64,000 bases of DNA from Octopus sinensis (taxonomy: Eukaryota): positions 157,294,001 to 157,358,000 of the forward strand of contig NC_042997.1 of the NCBI RefSeq assembly GCF_006345805.1, read 5' to 3'. The notes under the pieces were generated by a model. The model was given only the letters and a program-made list of their open reading frames with translations. It was not told the DNA's origin and searched no databases. Shown piece after piece: positions 13,018-26,284 of this stretch (within the stretch, counting starts at the first letter, position 1; each line of letters starts with the position of its first letter). Made by a program: the position numbers and the translations under genes.

Positions 13018-13214
13018 ATATTTCTTTATTGCTCACGGGTCTAAACATAGAAAGGATAAATAAGGACAGACCAAGGGATTAAGTCGATTGCATCGACCCC
13101 AGTGCGTAACTAGTGCTTATTTAATCAACACCAAAAAGATGAAAGGCAAAGTGGAATTTGAACTCAGAACATAATGGCACACAAAATACCGCTAGGCAGT
13201 TCGCCACCCTTAAC
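13018..13214 (-). mobile_element. Family A SINE with 11-bp TSD
   Basis: Family core on the minus strand. agcaccaatat is duplicated at 13007-13017 and 13215-13225. Confidence 0.85.
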
Positions 13215-13309
13215 AGCACCAATATTGCAACAGTATCCCCTACGTTGCTGTCAAATTTATGAACCAACTTTACCTTTTGCGGTAGAAGGATGTTAGCAGC
13301 AGTTACCTT

Positions 13310-13597
13310 TTATCTTTCACTTGTTTTGGCCATTGGAGTCCGGCTATGCTGGAGTATTGCCTTGAGGGGTTTATTGGGAAAAATTCACCCCAGCGTTTAT
13401 TTTTAAGCCTATTACATATTCTATCTTTCTCTTATGTCGAACCACCATGTTGCGTTGATTTAAACAAACCGACACCGGTTGTTAAGTGATGATTGAGGTT
13501 TAAACACAAGCACAAAGAGACACACACACAATGCATACGTACATGCATACAAATATACATACCGCTCTGTGTGTGTATTTATATATATGTATGTATG

Positions 13598-13690
<93 letters not shown>

Positions 13691-13860
13691 ATATGTGTGT
13701 GTGCGTGTGTGTGTGACAGAGTTCCATACAGTTTCTGTCTACCAAATTCACTCACAAGACATTGGCCAGTCCAGGGTTATAGTAGAAGACACCTACCCGA
13801 GGTGCCGCGTAGTGGGACGGAACCCGAAAGCACTTGGTTGCAAAGTAAGCTTTTTAACCC
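13310..13860 (-). mobile_element. Family B SINE (tRNA-like head, internal TA/TG microsatellite, conserved tail)
   Basis: Head-side ctaccaaattcactcacaag...gtagaagacac on the right, tail gacaccggttgttaag and ggctatgctggag on the left. Resembles octopus OK/OR-type SINEs (recall, unverified). Confidence 0.8.
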
Positions 13861-14404
13861 CACATTTATCCCTGAACCTAGAAATCATTTCTATCTCGTT
13901 GTGTGCTATCTAACCCTAACCTATTATTCTACACACTGTTCCAGAAATAGATACGGTCAATATGATGTTTCGTTACACTTTGCCAAATGCCCACTGGCTA
14001 TGAAACTTTGATTTGAGACTCGTCGACGGTCTTCCGTGTGTTACTCATTTTACGAGCATGTTGTGCTTGATGAAAATTTACAAAACTTCGTTGTATATCA
14101 AATCCATGACCATCTCTATATGTCACTGTTGCAATTGTTTATCTCAGTGTCAGCACTGATCAAGCTGAGCCATGATTAAAGATGTTCCAGCAGCCGAGGT
14201 TCTATAGTTTTTTTTTTTTTATTCAGGCATAATTTATTTAGAATTGCATTATTAAAAGCTCGTAGTAAAGAGAGTATAGTGTGACCTGGGGAAAATTAAG
14301 GATAATTTTTCTACAGATTCGAGCGTCGGAGGAGCCTGTTCTCGTTTGTTTGCGATCAATCACTTGAGGATATTTACGTTAACTTCTATGTCCATTTCTT
14401 ATAT

Positions 14405-14560
14405 CCAATTTAGCCACGTGAGTCAGAGTGACTTTTGCAGCGCGTCTCCTTCGCTCTATTCCGGCGGGGCATCGCCCTTTTCATTTCGTCTGCTAGAGCC
14501 ATGAGAAACGTTTTTATATTGTGAGAGGCAAGATTCTCCGTTAATCCCAACTGAAATATA
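14405..14560 (+). pseudogene. 3-prime tip of a CRE-clade retrotransposon
   Basis: PRESE*LLQRVSFALFRRGIA-type C-terminus. Its reverse complement aligns at nucleotide level with about 54050-54180. Confidence 0.65.
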
Positions 14561-15071
14561 CATTGGAAGACAATTGTTATGCCCTCAGAGCAGATAAAAG
14601 AAACCATTGGATATGCTTGAAAAGACTGAAGTCTTTAAATGACACATACCTTTGAATTACAACAACGCCAGCATCAGCAATACCGATATTAAGCTGTAGT
14701 AGATTCTGTCATTAATACGCATCTTCTACAGAACTGGCCTTGTGCCCAGGGAAGAAATCTCTACAGCATTGAACATTACTTAAGTTCTGCTATCAGCGGA
14801 AGAACATTGTTCTGAATCATTGTTTCTCACTTACGTGCATTCCTAAAGCGCCTTCAGAAGAGAAGCGATTGCAACGTACAAAATTGTTAGTAACTATAGA
14901 CGTATATATAATATTATACGTGTTCTTGTGTTTGGGGTTCAACCAGTATAATAGCATTCCGCAATCTGGTGGTTATTAAAGAAGATAAAATGAAAATAGA
15001 ATGCTTTATAAAACCAACCAACCAGCCACCAGCACCACCAGCACCAGCACCACCACCACCACCACCACCAT

Positions 15072-15131
<60 letters not shown>

Positions 15132-15444
15132 GTGGCACGGCGCGGTGCATTTCACCTCGAAGCATATTTGCATGCTGCATACCTGATAGGCTTCGGTAGA
15201 TAATGAGTTACTAATTGTTACTAGTTGTGTGAAGTGTTGCATGGAGTTTTATATCAGAGCCTTAGACATGACGTCTTTTAGACAGACATATGGTGTTAAG
15301 AAGATTACATCGTTCAAAAGAAAGAGAAAAAAATAAAACAAAACAACAACAAAAAATGGAAAAACAAAGCAGAATAACTTAAATGTCACAACATACCCAA
15401 TGAAATATCAAAGCACAAACACACACACGCACAAACACACAAAC

Positions 15445-15479
<35 letters not shown>

Positions 15480-15480
15480 C

Positions 15481-15524
<44 letters not shown>

Positions 15525-15608
15525 GCACACACAAACACACACACACACACAAAGGCACATGCAGAGCTATTGGTATATAGTTAGAAAGTGCAGTCTTTGA
15601 AATTGCAT

Positions 15609-15643
<35 letters not shown>

Positions 15644-15721
15644 CATATATATATACATATATATATACATACATACATGCATGCATACATACATACATAC
15701 ATACATACATACATAGATACG

Positions 15722-15753
<32 letters not shown>

Positions 15754-15766
15754 CAAATATCACCAA

Positions 15767-15895
15767 CCACATGGTTCCGAGTTCAGTTCCACTGCGTGGC
15801 ACCTTGGGCAAGTGTCTTCTACTATAGCCTCGGGGCGACCAAAGCCTTGTGAGTGGATTTGGTAGACGGAAACTGAAAGAAGCCCGTCGTATAAT
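15767..15895 (+). mobile_element. Family B SINE head, 5-prime truncated
   Basis: accaaccacatggttccgagttcagttccactgcgtggcaccttgggcaagtgtcttctactatagcc...gaagcccgtcgtata. Confidence 0.9.
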
Positions 15896-16444
15896 GTATG
15901 TATGTATGTATGTATGTATGTATGTATGTATGTATGTATGTATATGTATGTATGAGATCTATACAATAATTAAATAGAATTAGACACTTGGAGAGCCACG
16001 ATATTCAAGAGACAAGTGGAAATGTCACTCTTGTATGCAGCCTTGTATCCAACCATCCTTCCTCCTCCTCCTTCTCCTCACTATCATCATAGTCTTCGTC
16101 CTCCTCGTCATCACCGTCCTCCTCCCCCTCGTCGTCCTCCGCCCCCACGTCGTTCTCCTCTTCCTCGTCCTTCCTTTGAAGAACTCAGGGCACTGCCCAA
16201 TCCACGAATAGAAACCACGATCTTACGATCGCAAGTTCAACACACTGACAACTAGCCCATGTGTATGTATGTATGTATGTATGTATGTATGTAGTATGTA
16301 TGTATGTATGTATGTATGTATGTATGCATGCATGTATGCATGTATGTATGTATGTATTTATGTAAGTATCTTTGTATGTATGTATGTATGTATGCATGCA
16401 TGTACGTATGATGTATGTATGTATGTATATATGTATTTCTGTAT

Positions 16445-16590
16445 ATATCATTATTCCATTATTGGAACTGTAAAAATCTGTAAAACATTCCAGAAATTTA
16501 TCATTTAAATAAATATCCGCATGTCTAGATATGTAACTCTGTGTATGACAAAACATACATAAAACATACACATCTGCACATTCATACATA
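16445..16590 (+). mobile_element. 3-prime terminus of an R4/Dong-clade element
   Basis: SIIGTVKICKTFQKFII* followed by a 3-prime UTR ending acatacataaaacatacacatctgcacat and (ACAT)n. The UTR is homologous to the minus-strand end at 57712-57790. Confidence 0.75.
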
Positions 16591-16635
16591 CATACATACA
16601 TACATGCATACATACATACATACATAAATACATAC

Positions 16636-17107
16636 TGTATTCCATTTCATTATGAGTGCCTATAGCTTATACAATATTGTGGGACTTTAGTTCTTTGTCC
16701 TCTGGATTATCCTTCCGACGTATTTCATTATAATGTCCTAGCTACGCCGTCACGCCGGTAGATGATATCGTGATGACATTTTCGGACAACTGCTTATGAT
16801 GTGGGTGATATCCTCAGTTTGAACTCCTCAAAGTCTGCATCGGTTGCTACACTGTACGGCTTCGCCTGCATCTCTATCCCTTTTGTGCATCAGGTACTTG
16901 GTTGACATTTCCTGTTCCTGGATTGCAAACGCATACTCTTCAAAGTGGGAGGTCATGCATACGTCCATGATAAACTGCTTTGATGATCGACGTTACTATC
17001 ATTACGGAGCTTTCTATTAACATATCCATGCATAGTCATCTGCTCATATAGGATCATCCTTTCATCTGATGATATGTTGTGGTAGACTTGTGCGACTTCT
17101 TTGGTCA
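16636..17107 (-). pseudogene. R4/Dong zinc-knuckle region fragment
   Basis: YAFAIQEQEMSTKYLMHKRDRDAG...NRCRL*GVQTEDITHIISSCPKMSSRY (CCHC knuckle). Aligns with 58120-58590. Confidence 0.85.
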
Positions 17108-17145
17108 TGTATGTATGTATGTATGTATGCATTCATACAAACGGA

Positions 17146-17819
17146 ATGCGTTCAAAAAGTATCCAACTTTAATTTTCTCCGACATAACTGACGCTGCGTG
17201 GGCAAAATCCTTTGGATGGGTGATGATGCCACCCTTCTTGCGCATGGGCGAAACTTTCGCGCCGGTAGGCTGTACCCTGTTGTTACACCGAAAGTACACC
17301 AGCACCCTGGTGTACACCTAGAGTACAGGCGTGTAGTGCGCACTCGTCGGATTTGAGAGACTTCTGCTGCTCCGCCCATCACCTTGGGGGCAAATTTTGC
17401 TGACATTCTTCGCATGCTCAAATCCTCTGTTAAAATGTGCATTATTCTCACTTCGTGAGCAATTTCCTAGATTGTTACACGACAGTCTTCCATGACCATT
17501 CTCGACTGACTCCTCGTTTGGCTTGTGGATGGCCTTTCTGAGCGTGCCTAACTCACCGCTGGAGTGTGGCCATGTTTGAAGCGGTTCTTCCACTCTTGAT
17601 CTGATTTTTGCTCATGGCATCATCGCCAAAGGCCTGCTGAATCCTCTGAAAGGTTTCAGTTTGAGTATCATCAAGGCTTTTGACAAAAGTTGATGCCATA
17701 TCTCTGCTCATTGCGTTCGGTGAAAGCGAAACTCCAACGAGAATCTATAGGATTTTACCCACGTAGCATTAGTTTTGGCGCGAAAAAATATAAAGTCGGA
17801 TACTTTCCGAATGCATCTA
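17146..17819 (-). mobile_element. Internally deleted mariner element with both TIRs (about 670 bp)
   Basis: Left atgcgttcaaaaagtatccaacttta and right taaagtcggatactttccgaatgcat are imperfect inverted repeats. The minus strand encodes QRIQQAFGDDAMSKNQIK and HILTEDLSMRRMSAKFAPK. Confidence 0.85.
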
Positions 17820-18790
17820 TTTTAACTAATTATTATAAGTTCAATTGCAAACGTGCAAAAAAAATAAGCACTATGATTTTAACTGTTATATTAGTTATGC
17901 AATTACGACACGCCCTGCTGGCTCATAATGCACAATTGCAATGCACCAAATCATACAACACAGAAAACAGTACAAAGACATTAGTGCGCAATATATCCAC
18001 AGTATATCTAGACCACACAGAGAAGTGCTAAAATAAATACACACACAACATACATTATGCAACAGCAGAAACAAATATCTGACTGATGACTTGAGTAATG
18101 TCTACATCAATCTCACATATACGTATACATAAGAAAACGTGTATGCTGCGTATATTCTCACATACATGTGCATCTGCATGTCCATTTTATTGTATTCATT
18201 TAAATAGTTATGTTCGCTTTCTTTTTTTAATTCAATTTTAACTGGCCACCTACTTGGTAGCAACGTCATGAAGAAAAGCATCTTATTCTATCCTATTTAT
18301 GTTATAAATCATATGATCCTGGAGATTTTTATAGTCTTACATGTCGTAATCATTTTTAGATATGAATTTGTATTCTCTCCCCAAGAACCCAAATTCAGCC
18401 ATACTTTGCTTCAGACGGGTTGGTACGCATTGTATGTATGTATGGGGAGAATTCACAAAATCAAAAGACGAAGACAGGTGGTGTAGACAACAAATAGATG
18501 TCTTAGTATAACGCTCGGGAAGTAAAAAAAGTCTTTAACGTTTCGGGACTACATGTATGCATGCATGCGCACCTTTTTATGCCAATCTGATAACGTACCA
18601 CTCCAGTATAACCAACGGCAAATACTGAGGAAATTTTCACAGGAAATCATTTACGAGCAATGGTGTTAGAAACAGAGTGAAACCGAAACAATTGTCACAG
18701 AGGTGTACTCAATTCATTCTTCTTCATATTTATATAACAACGAAGGCAGCTATATGCAATACAAAACCAAAAAGGAAAAAATTGAATTAA

Positions 18791-18926
18791 CATTAATTAT
18801 GACTGACGGTGCGGCAAAGAAGCATATTTCTATGCATAGACATGTTCTTCTTTGCGGCTCTAAAGGCTTTTAACTCTTATTTCTAGCAATACAGGCGCTA
18901 CCCTGCACCGTCAGTCACAAATAATG
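18791..18926. repeat. Small nested fold-back (22-bp terminal inverted repeat plus internal hairpin)
   Basis: cattaattatgactgacggtgc (18791-18812) versus gcaccgtcagtcacaaataatg (18905-18926), two mismatches. Inner gcaaagaag...cttctttgc stem. Confidence 0.6.
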
Positions 18927-18964
18927 ACAATTATATATTTGTATGTATTGATATATACAGTATA

Positions 18965-19230
18965 TCCACGTGATCGACCAGACTATCAGATGTTGTTATA
19001 GATCGCTAGTCACAATGCGCTTTGCATCGTTTTAGCTTTCGAATGATGAGGTCCCACTGACTAGGCCCGCCCAACATTCCTTCGGATCGGAAGGTCACAA
19101 CTGAATGGACTGGAGCAACTTGAAACAAAGTGTTTTGGTTACGAACACAATGCCACAATGCACTGCGCGGTCCGGAAACCGAACACCGATCTAGCGATCG
19201 TCAGTGCAACACGCTGACCACTAGGCCGCA
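18965..19230 (-). mobile_element. tRNA-headed SINE related to family C
   Basis: The reverse complement reads gcggcctagtggtcagcgtgttgcac...cactttgtttcaagttgctccagtccattcag, as in the 22070 and 53659 copies. Confidence 0.7.
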
Positions 19231-19335
19231 GACACACACACACACACACACGCTCGCACACAGACACACATACGCACGCATACACACACATTGGTCACAC
19301 GGTCTTCAAGAAATATATATAGATATATATACACA

Positions 19336-19387
<52 letters not shown>

Positions 19388-19449
19388 TATATATATATAA
19401 TATATATATATTATATATATATATTATATATATATATGTGTATATATAT

Positions 19450-19480
<31 letters not shown>

Positions 19481-19482
19481 GT

Positions 19483-19517
<35 letters not shown>

Positions 19518-20171
19518 TGTGTATATGTATAGTGAACAGCTGATCGCATCTTACATAAGTTCAATGGCTTATTTTATAATATTTACTTTTTCTTGACAGT
19601 GCTCAACTATCGTCGATGTCTTGAGGATAAGAAGCCAAAATGTTTTCGAAGTCCGTTCCCAATTAAAGGAATATAAATAATTTTCAATAAAATAAAGAGC
19701 AAACATGAAATATTACATGTGGTTTTATACATACATACACACACACACACACACAGTAGTACCATGCATGTATACAGGAAATACATTCATATGGTGACCT
19801 AAACACATGGGCAACCATATTCATATTTATAGTGTCAAACAAATGTGCGCGCATTCTTTCACTATCACATATATACGCGTGCCTACACACACATGCGTGC
19901 GCGCCTTCATACACACATGCATACACACACGCAGGGTTGTATGTATATAAATATGTTATATTCGTTTCCACCAAACCTTCCCAATACCCAACCAATCAGC
20001 TTGTCTGATCTCCATTTAATTACAGTATTCACTTTCAAACAGTGGTGTTTAATTTCATGTGTAGGTGGCTGTACGGGGAATGGAAAAATACATAAATAAA
20101 TACGTACGTAACTACATACATAGATACATGCATACATACATACATGTATGTATATATATATGCATATAGAT

Positions 20172-20204
<33 letters not shown>

Positions 20205-20534
20205 CATAAACACATTTACATATACACATATGCTATATGTATATGGAGTGAGTGAAAGAGAGAGAGAGAGTCATAAAGAGAGGAAGAGAGATAGGAAGAA
20301 CGAGAGAAGAAAAAACGAGAGAAAAAGAAAAGGAAAGAAAGAAAAAGTAAGAAATGATGAAAGTATAACGGTTTTACGATGAAGAATTGCAAAGGAGAAG
20401 CAGAGAAAGGGAAAGCGAGAGAATGCGCATGCGCGAGAGAATATGATATTAAAGTATTAAAGTATGTTATGTGTGCGTATCTGAATATATAAATATATAT
20501 GTAAGCACGGTATATATATGTGTTTCTTCTCTGT

Positions 20535-20705
20535 GTATCTTTCTGTTGAAGAGCGTAGGCTCGAAACGTAAAAGACTTGTTTTATTTATATTCCTGAGCG
20601 CCATACTAATACAATTGTTTGTTTGTATTCCACCTGCCTTCGTCTTTTGTTTATTTCCGTAAACCTGCCTTCGTCTTTTGTTTATTTTCATAAAGCTTCC
20701 CGTTA
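20535..20705 (+). mobile_element. Short PLE-type repeat carrying a mutated HHR motif, ending at (TA)n
   Basis: tcttt CTGTTGA a gagc-gtag-gctc GAAA cgta aaaga. Related partial copies at about 18435-18548 (minus) and 21430-21520 (plus). Confidence 0.6.
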
Positions 20706-20711
20706 TATATA

Positions 20712-20756
<45 letters not shown>

Positions 20757-21534
20757 GTAAGACGAGGTATAAATAATGGTCATTGCATGTTCTTTATTGC
20801 AGTGAATTTGACTTGCAAATGTTTCGAATAGTCATTATAGGTCTGTTATCGATAAGTTTACTCAGTCGCCTTATTGATCGTTTGAGAAAAATTCGATCGA
20901 AAAAGTTTATGGCACTTTCGAAAAAATGTCATTTCTAGTTACATACAGTATGTATATTTACACACATGCGCGCACGTGAACATAGACACACATACAATAC
21001 ACATTAGTTGTGCCAAAAGAGAACTCAATACCGTGGAAAATGTATATATTATTTATTATATAAAATACGCTGAGGTTGCCCCCAGCGATACCCTAAATTT
21101 CTTTGTGGAAGAGCGTATCTGCCAGAATTCATTCAGTCGGTGATACGTCCGACTGTAAACCACAAAATATGAATATTTCGCTGCATGCATGCTGAGTATT
21201 GGCAAGGCGTCCTAGCAGCAATTTGCATACAAGCCTATACGTGTATATATATATATATATATATACAAAGGAAGAGAGGGAGAGTGAGAGAGTGAGAGAG
21301 ATATGCGCGCGCACACTCACTCACACATACGCACACATCTGCATATATATTCAACATGTGCAATTTTTAATCCACTCACGTTCTTTCTCTCTCCGGTTTT
21401 TTTTATTCTCTTCCTCTCTCCATCGGTTTTCTCGCTTCATTCCTCTGTGTAGAAGAGCGTAGGCTCGAAATATCAAAACTTTCCCATGTTTCCTGAGCGT
21501 CAAACTAATGCAATCACACAGTGTGCACGCATTC

Positions 21535-21711
21535 TCCAGGTTCCGCAGCTGTCTTGAGGCTGCAATAGAAGCTGTGGTCGGCTACTTTGAGTAAACTGTT
21601 ATCTCCTACCCATAATGTAATTGATATTTCATGATATTTAAATACTTTCATTTTGTGATGGAATATTGTTTTGTTTTGTTTTCTTATCAAATTTAGCTCG
21701 GACACCCTGTA
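21535..21711 (+). mobile_element. Tc1/mariner-superfamily 3-prime end relic
   Basis: RFRSCLEAAIEAVVGYFE* resembles the Tc1-type C-terminus. TIR-like tttagctcggacaccctg+TA at 21692-21711. Confidence 0.6.
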
Positions 21712-21829
21712 TGCATACATACATGCATACATACATACATACATACATACATACATACATACATACATACATACATACATGCATGCATACATATATGTAT
21801 GTACAAGTGGATGTGTGCGTACATGAGTG

Positions 21830-21866
<37 letters not shown>

Positions 21867-22069
21867 GTGTGTGTGTGTGTGTTTGTATCAGTGTTATTTT
21901 TTTCTGAAATATAAGGATTTGTAGAAATAATTCGAAATGATTTCATGGACATCGATGATCTAAAATAACATTGAGTGAATGAATATATACTTATTTTTAA
22001 TGAAAATTTTGTATTAAATAAATCAGGCGGGATCATCCTTTGTTTTGTTAAAAGCTGTTAATCATATTG

Positions 22070-22372
22070 TCACATGTGGCTTTGTGGTTAATGTATTCGG
22101 CTCACGATCGCTAGGTCGGTAGTTCGATACCCGGCGGCGTGTTGTGTCATTGAGCAAGAAGCTTTATTTCACGATACTCCAGTCCACTCAGCTGGCAAAA
22201 ACGAGTTGTACCTGTAATTGAAATGACCAGCCTTATCATATTCTGTGTCAGGCTGAATCTCACGGAGAACTATGTTTGCGATGTGCTCAGCCACTTCCAC
22301 GTTGAATTCACGAACAGGCTTTTCCGTTGATTGGATCAACTTGAACCCTCGTTGTCGTAACTGACGGAGCAC
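22070..22372 (+). mobile_element. Family C tRNA-headed SINE
   Basis: Homologous along its length to 53659-53979 (tgtgtcattgagcaag, ctccagtccactcagctggcaaaa, ccctcgttgtcgtaac). Confidence 0.85.
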
Positions 22373-22409
22373 CATTCTTAGAAATTATTTTTATGTTCTT
22401 TCTATAATA

Positions 22410-22806
22410 CTCTTTACTCTTTTACTCTTTATTTGTTTCAGTCATTTGACTGCGGCCATGCTGGAGCACCGCTTTTAGTCGAGCAAATCGACCCCAAGAC
22501 TTATTCTTTGGAAGCCTAGTACTTATTCTATCGGTCTCTTTGGCCGAACCGCTAAGTTACGTGGACGTAAACACACCAACATCGGTTGTCAAGCGATGTT
22601 GGCGGGACAAACACAGACACATAAACGTATATACACACACGCACACACATATACATATATACATATATACGATGGGCTTCTTTTAGTTTTCGTCTACCAA
22701 ATCCACTCACAAGGCTTTGGTTGGCTCGAGGCTACAGTAGAAGACACTTTGCCCACGCAGTGGGACTGAACCCGGAATTATGTGGTTGGTAAGCAAGCTA
22801 CTTACC
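22410..22806 (-). mobile_element. Family B SINE, near full length
   Basis: Tail ttcagtcatttgactgcggccatgctggagcaccgc through to head accaatttggtaagcaagc-type end on the minus strand. Confidence 0.9.
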
Positions 22807-23002
22807 AATTAAAGTTTTCATGCACCAATCAACTCTTGAATTATGTCTTGATTTATTGATGTCATAAGTTTTCCCAAGCATCTTGTCTATATATTTTATG
22901 ACTTTAGCGAATCCTTTTGATTAACTTACTGGAATAAGCAAGAACATAATCATCTTGCTATATTCATTCTCTGCATTGAAAAAAACAATCGTATTTTTTT
23001 TA

Positions 23003-23220
23003 TACGAAGGGGTGCTGAAAAGTTCCTGGTTTTAAGGGTATTGCGAAAGGCCTGGATGGAAGCTGAACTTTCTGATTTCTTTTACAGGGCTTAGAATAAC
23101 TGGAGGACAGCTGCAATAAGTGTGTGAATCTGAAACTGGAATATATTTAATAATATAATTAACTGAACCTCCTGTATTTTCTGTTATCCAAAGCCAAGAA
23201 CTTTTCAGCACTCCTTCATA
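23003..23220. mobile_element. Mariner-derived MITE (218 bp including flanking TA)
   Basis: TIRs tacgaaggggtgctgaaaagttcctgg and ccaagaacttttcagcactccttcata, with TA at both ends. The interior keeps LEDSCNKCVNL, a remnant of the mariner C-terminus. Confidence 0.9.
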
Positions 23221-23819
23221 TATGTCGTATCACATTTTTATGAAAATTGTGTCGTTAATTTCAGTTTTTCATCAGGCCAGTCTCTGGCTCGCTATCTGCA
23301 AGAACGATAATAACTAAAGTTACCGACAAGGGCAGGAGAAACGAGTGCTTTGGAATATCTTTGGGTGTAGCAGCAGTAACAGCCAACATCAGGGAATTGT
23401 ACTCCATTGTGGGTTTCTTTTGAACTTTGTAGAGGACAAGTAGTTGTCGAGGGATGAACTATTTTCTAGCTTCGAAGAAGAAAGTCAGTCTTTCCTCTGT
23501 AAAGGATGCGCATTCGCTAGTTGAGCTCCTCAGTAATAGTTAGACCTAACACTTCAAGCGATTAAGGCGGTTCTAGTAACAGGGTGTTCATGTTTTACGA
23601 GAGTTAGTGTATGATAACATTTTCTTGATATCGATACATGGATGTTTATGTAGTTTAGAAGTTCGCTTCTTATTTGCGTGGTTTCGGGTTCAGCAACACT
23701 GCGTTGCAGCTTGGGTAAGCACCTTTGACTACAATCCGGGCCTTGAGTGAATTTGGCGAGTGGTTTGTGAAAATGTGCAAAGGTCGGAACGTTGAGGCAC
23801 ATACTCTCAAATTACCCTC

Positions 23820-24400
23820 TAGATCTTGAGTACAGGTACACACGAGCCATAACCAACTCCTGAGATTCTTGGTTGATGCAGTGAGAGAGCGGTTTAAGTG
23901 AATTGCCAGCGGCCAGAGACCACAAGTGGTGGAGTATGGCAAGATAAAATTTTGCAAGGAAGGTGAATGCTGTAAAACTTTATCTTCTATAAGGAAGAAT
24001 AATGATCTGAAATGGTAGGGGACATGGAAGTTCTCTGTTGACCTTGATGTTAAATCTCAGTTTCCACTTTTTTACCACCAAATGACACGACATTGTCATA
24101 TGGTGCAAAAAAAGGACAGTTCTCTGGAAAACGAACATTGCAGACGTTTTCCTCAGGAAAGACAGAAAAATAGAGTTAGTTGAAGTCTGCGAAAATAATG
24201 GATGAAAGGCTGTATTCCTTCCTGTGGAGATAGATTTAAGATGATTCACTCGATGCTCAGAAGTCTTGGACTAGCTGCAAAGGAGATAAAAAATATTGAC
24301 AGAAAATTGTCGGAAGCCGCTAAAAATGCAAGGCATCACATCTAGTTCAAGGGAGAGGACAAGCAGTGCAGCAATAATGAATACTGAGAATGGTAGAAAC
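23820..24400 (+). pseudogene. HERO-like REL retrotransposon 3-prime fragment
   Basis: RYT..HNQLLRFL, WKFSVDLDVKSQFP, DIVIWCKK, ELVEVCENNG*KAVFLPVEI and LSEAA match the RYTWRHNQVL...PDIVLWS...GW.A...PVEVG pattern recalled for HERO-type elements. Confidence 0.65.
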
Positions 24401-24477
24401 ATCTGTGTAAAGTCGCATCTGACGCAACAAAGCTCATACTGTTGTGTAGGAGCTCTGCTGCTTATATCGATGGGTAG

Positions 24478-24992
24478 CTTGGGCGCGAAAAATTTTTCCC
24501 CGGGAGAGTTCCGGACCCCAGTTACAAACTCATTTGCATACAACCAATCAGAGCTCAACTATCAAACTAATTTACAAGCGCATAACAAGTGATGCGCTAT
24601 AACATAAAGTCACTTGCTTCTTTTCTGTTTTAATAATGCTTGTTGTTTTTGCTCTTGTTTCAACCATGGCGGACTCTGCGTAGTTATTTGTGTTGTTTAC
24701 TTTATAAAACCGTAAGAAGAGAAGGTTGCTAGCACATCGACCTCTACCTACATTTTCCCCATCCACATCTTTACCATGTGGGGCCCTAACAAAATCTGAT
24801 AATAGGTATAGATGCAAATCTAATTACTTGTCTCCTAAAAATCGGGCATAGCTTGGCGATCGGTCGACTTACAACACCCTTATTTTATGCTAACCTTTGT
24901 TAACTTGACAAGAAGGTCAAGGTGAGCTCTGATTGGCTGTATGGAAATGAGTTCATTACTGAGATCCGTGGAAAAAAAATTGCAGCCCAGGC
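24478..24992. mobile_element. MITE-like element with long imperfect TIRs
   Basis: aactcatttgcatacaaccaatcagagctca (24527-24557) versus tgagctctgattggctgtatggaaatgagtt (24923-24953). Weaker inverted similarity extends about 50 bp outward. Confidence 0.6.
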
Positions 24993-25758
24993 AGCACTAG
25001 CGTCGCAACGGAGGGGACTGAAACACATACAGAGATGCTTCACTGCCTGTTGAAACATCAACTCCTATATTCGGAAACGGAGAACAGCAGCAGCTTCAGC
25101 ACATAATACGCAGGCATACGCACACACACACCACACACACACACACACCACACACACACACATACACACACACTTGATAATATAGCTTGTGTGTGCAGAT
25201 AAGTGTACGACTGCTGTTGTTGAGTTTAGAGCTCTACATAAATTCTCATCATCCAAGTATGTTTCAAGTATAATGGTTTCGTAGTATATGATAGTATATA
25301 CTTAGTAGTATAGCAGTATACAGAAGACTAAAGTGACAAAGAGACTTTTGTTTTCTGCAACATAATGCAATAAAGTGTTCCTCTGGCGAGCCCTTGTCGC
25401 TAACCTTAAAACTGCACTTAGAACAGCTAATGCAGAAATCCAAAAAGCAACAATGGTGAAACGTACGTACGAACAAATGATATCGATTTGTATTCATCGA
25501 AATTTCTCTCTCTCCCTCCTCCCCACCCATCTCTTTCTCTCTCTCTCACACACATAAATGTGTATATACGTGTGTATATATATATATATATATATAATTA
25601 TAATATATATATATATTATATATATATATATTATATAATGTATATATATATAATATATGTTATATATATATATATATAATATATATTATTATATATATAT
25701 ATATATATTATATGTATATATAACTATATATATATATATATATGCATATATATATGTT

Positions 25759-25840
<82 letters not shown>

Positions 25841-25861
25841 ATGTTACATTACTCGTAGTCA

Positions 25862-25924
25862 AGATAAAACTCTGAGTTTCAGATGCCGAAGTGGAAATCC
25901 ACAACACCATCTCTTCGGTTATCT
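25862..25924 (-). ncRNA. Mirror copy of the putative hammerhead in the inverted arm
   Basis: Exact reverse complement of 26813-26875. Confidence 0.5.
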
Positions 25925-26284
25925 GGCTATTTGAAAACGTTATGAAAAAATACCGTTAAAAATGAAGGGAAATTACTCTGTTATAACTCTGCTTTGCCTG
26001 CGTACTTATACATCGCTCGCATTTTTCGTCATAAAAATTATATAAAAATATATAAAAATATATAAAAATATATAAAAATATAAAATCTTCTTGGGACATA
26101 ACACAGAAAGCATGTTCTATCCGTTTTCTTTAGGGGACCAAAAACGTAACAGAAATTTAGTCACATGTGGGCATGATCCGAAAAGCTCTGTCCTTGTATT
26201 TAGACATGTGGTAGGGTCTAAGCTGCTTTTCCAGAAAAGCCATCTCTCCATGTCGCATAAACCGCACCTTCCGTTGCCGTTAGT

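Noticed and set aside
14410-15180. Similar peptides DEMKRAMPR and GEMHRAVPR in two nearby minus-strand ORFs
   Set aside because: The first is antisense to a CRE 3-prime fragment. A 6/8 match is not significant at this search size.
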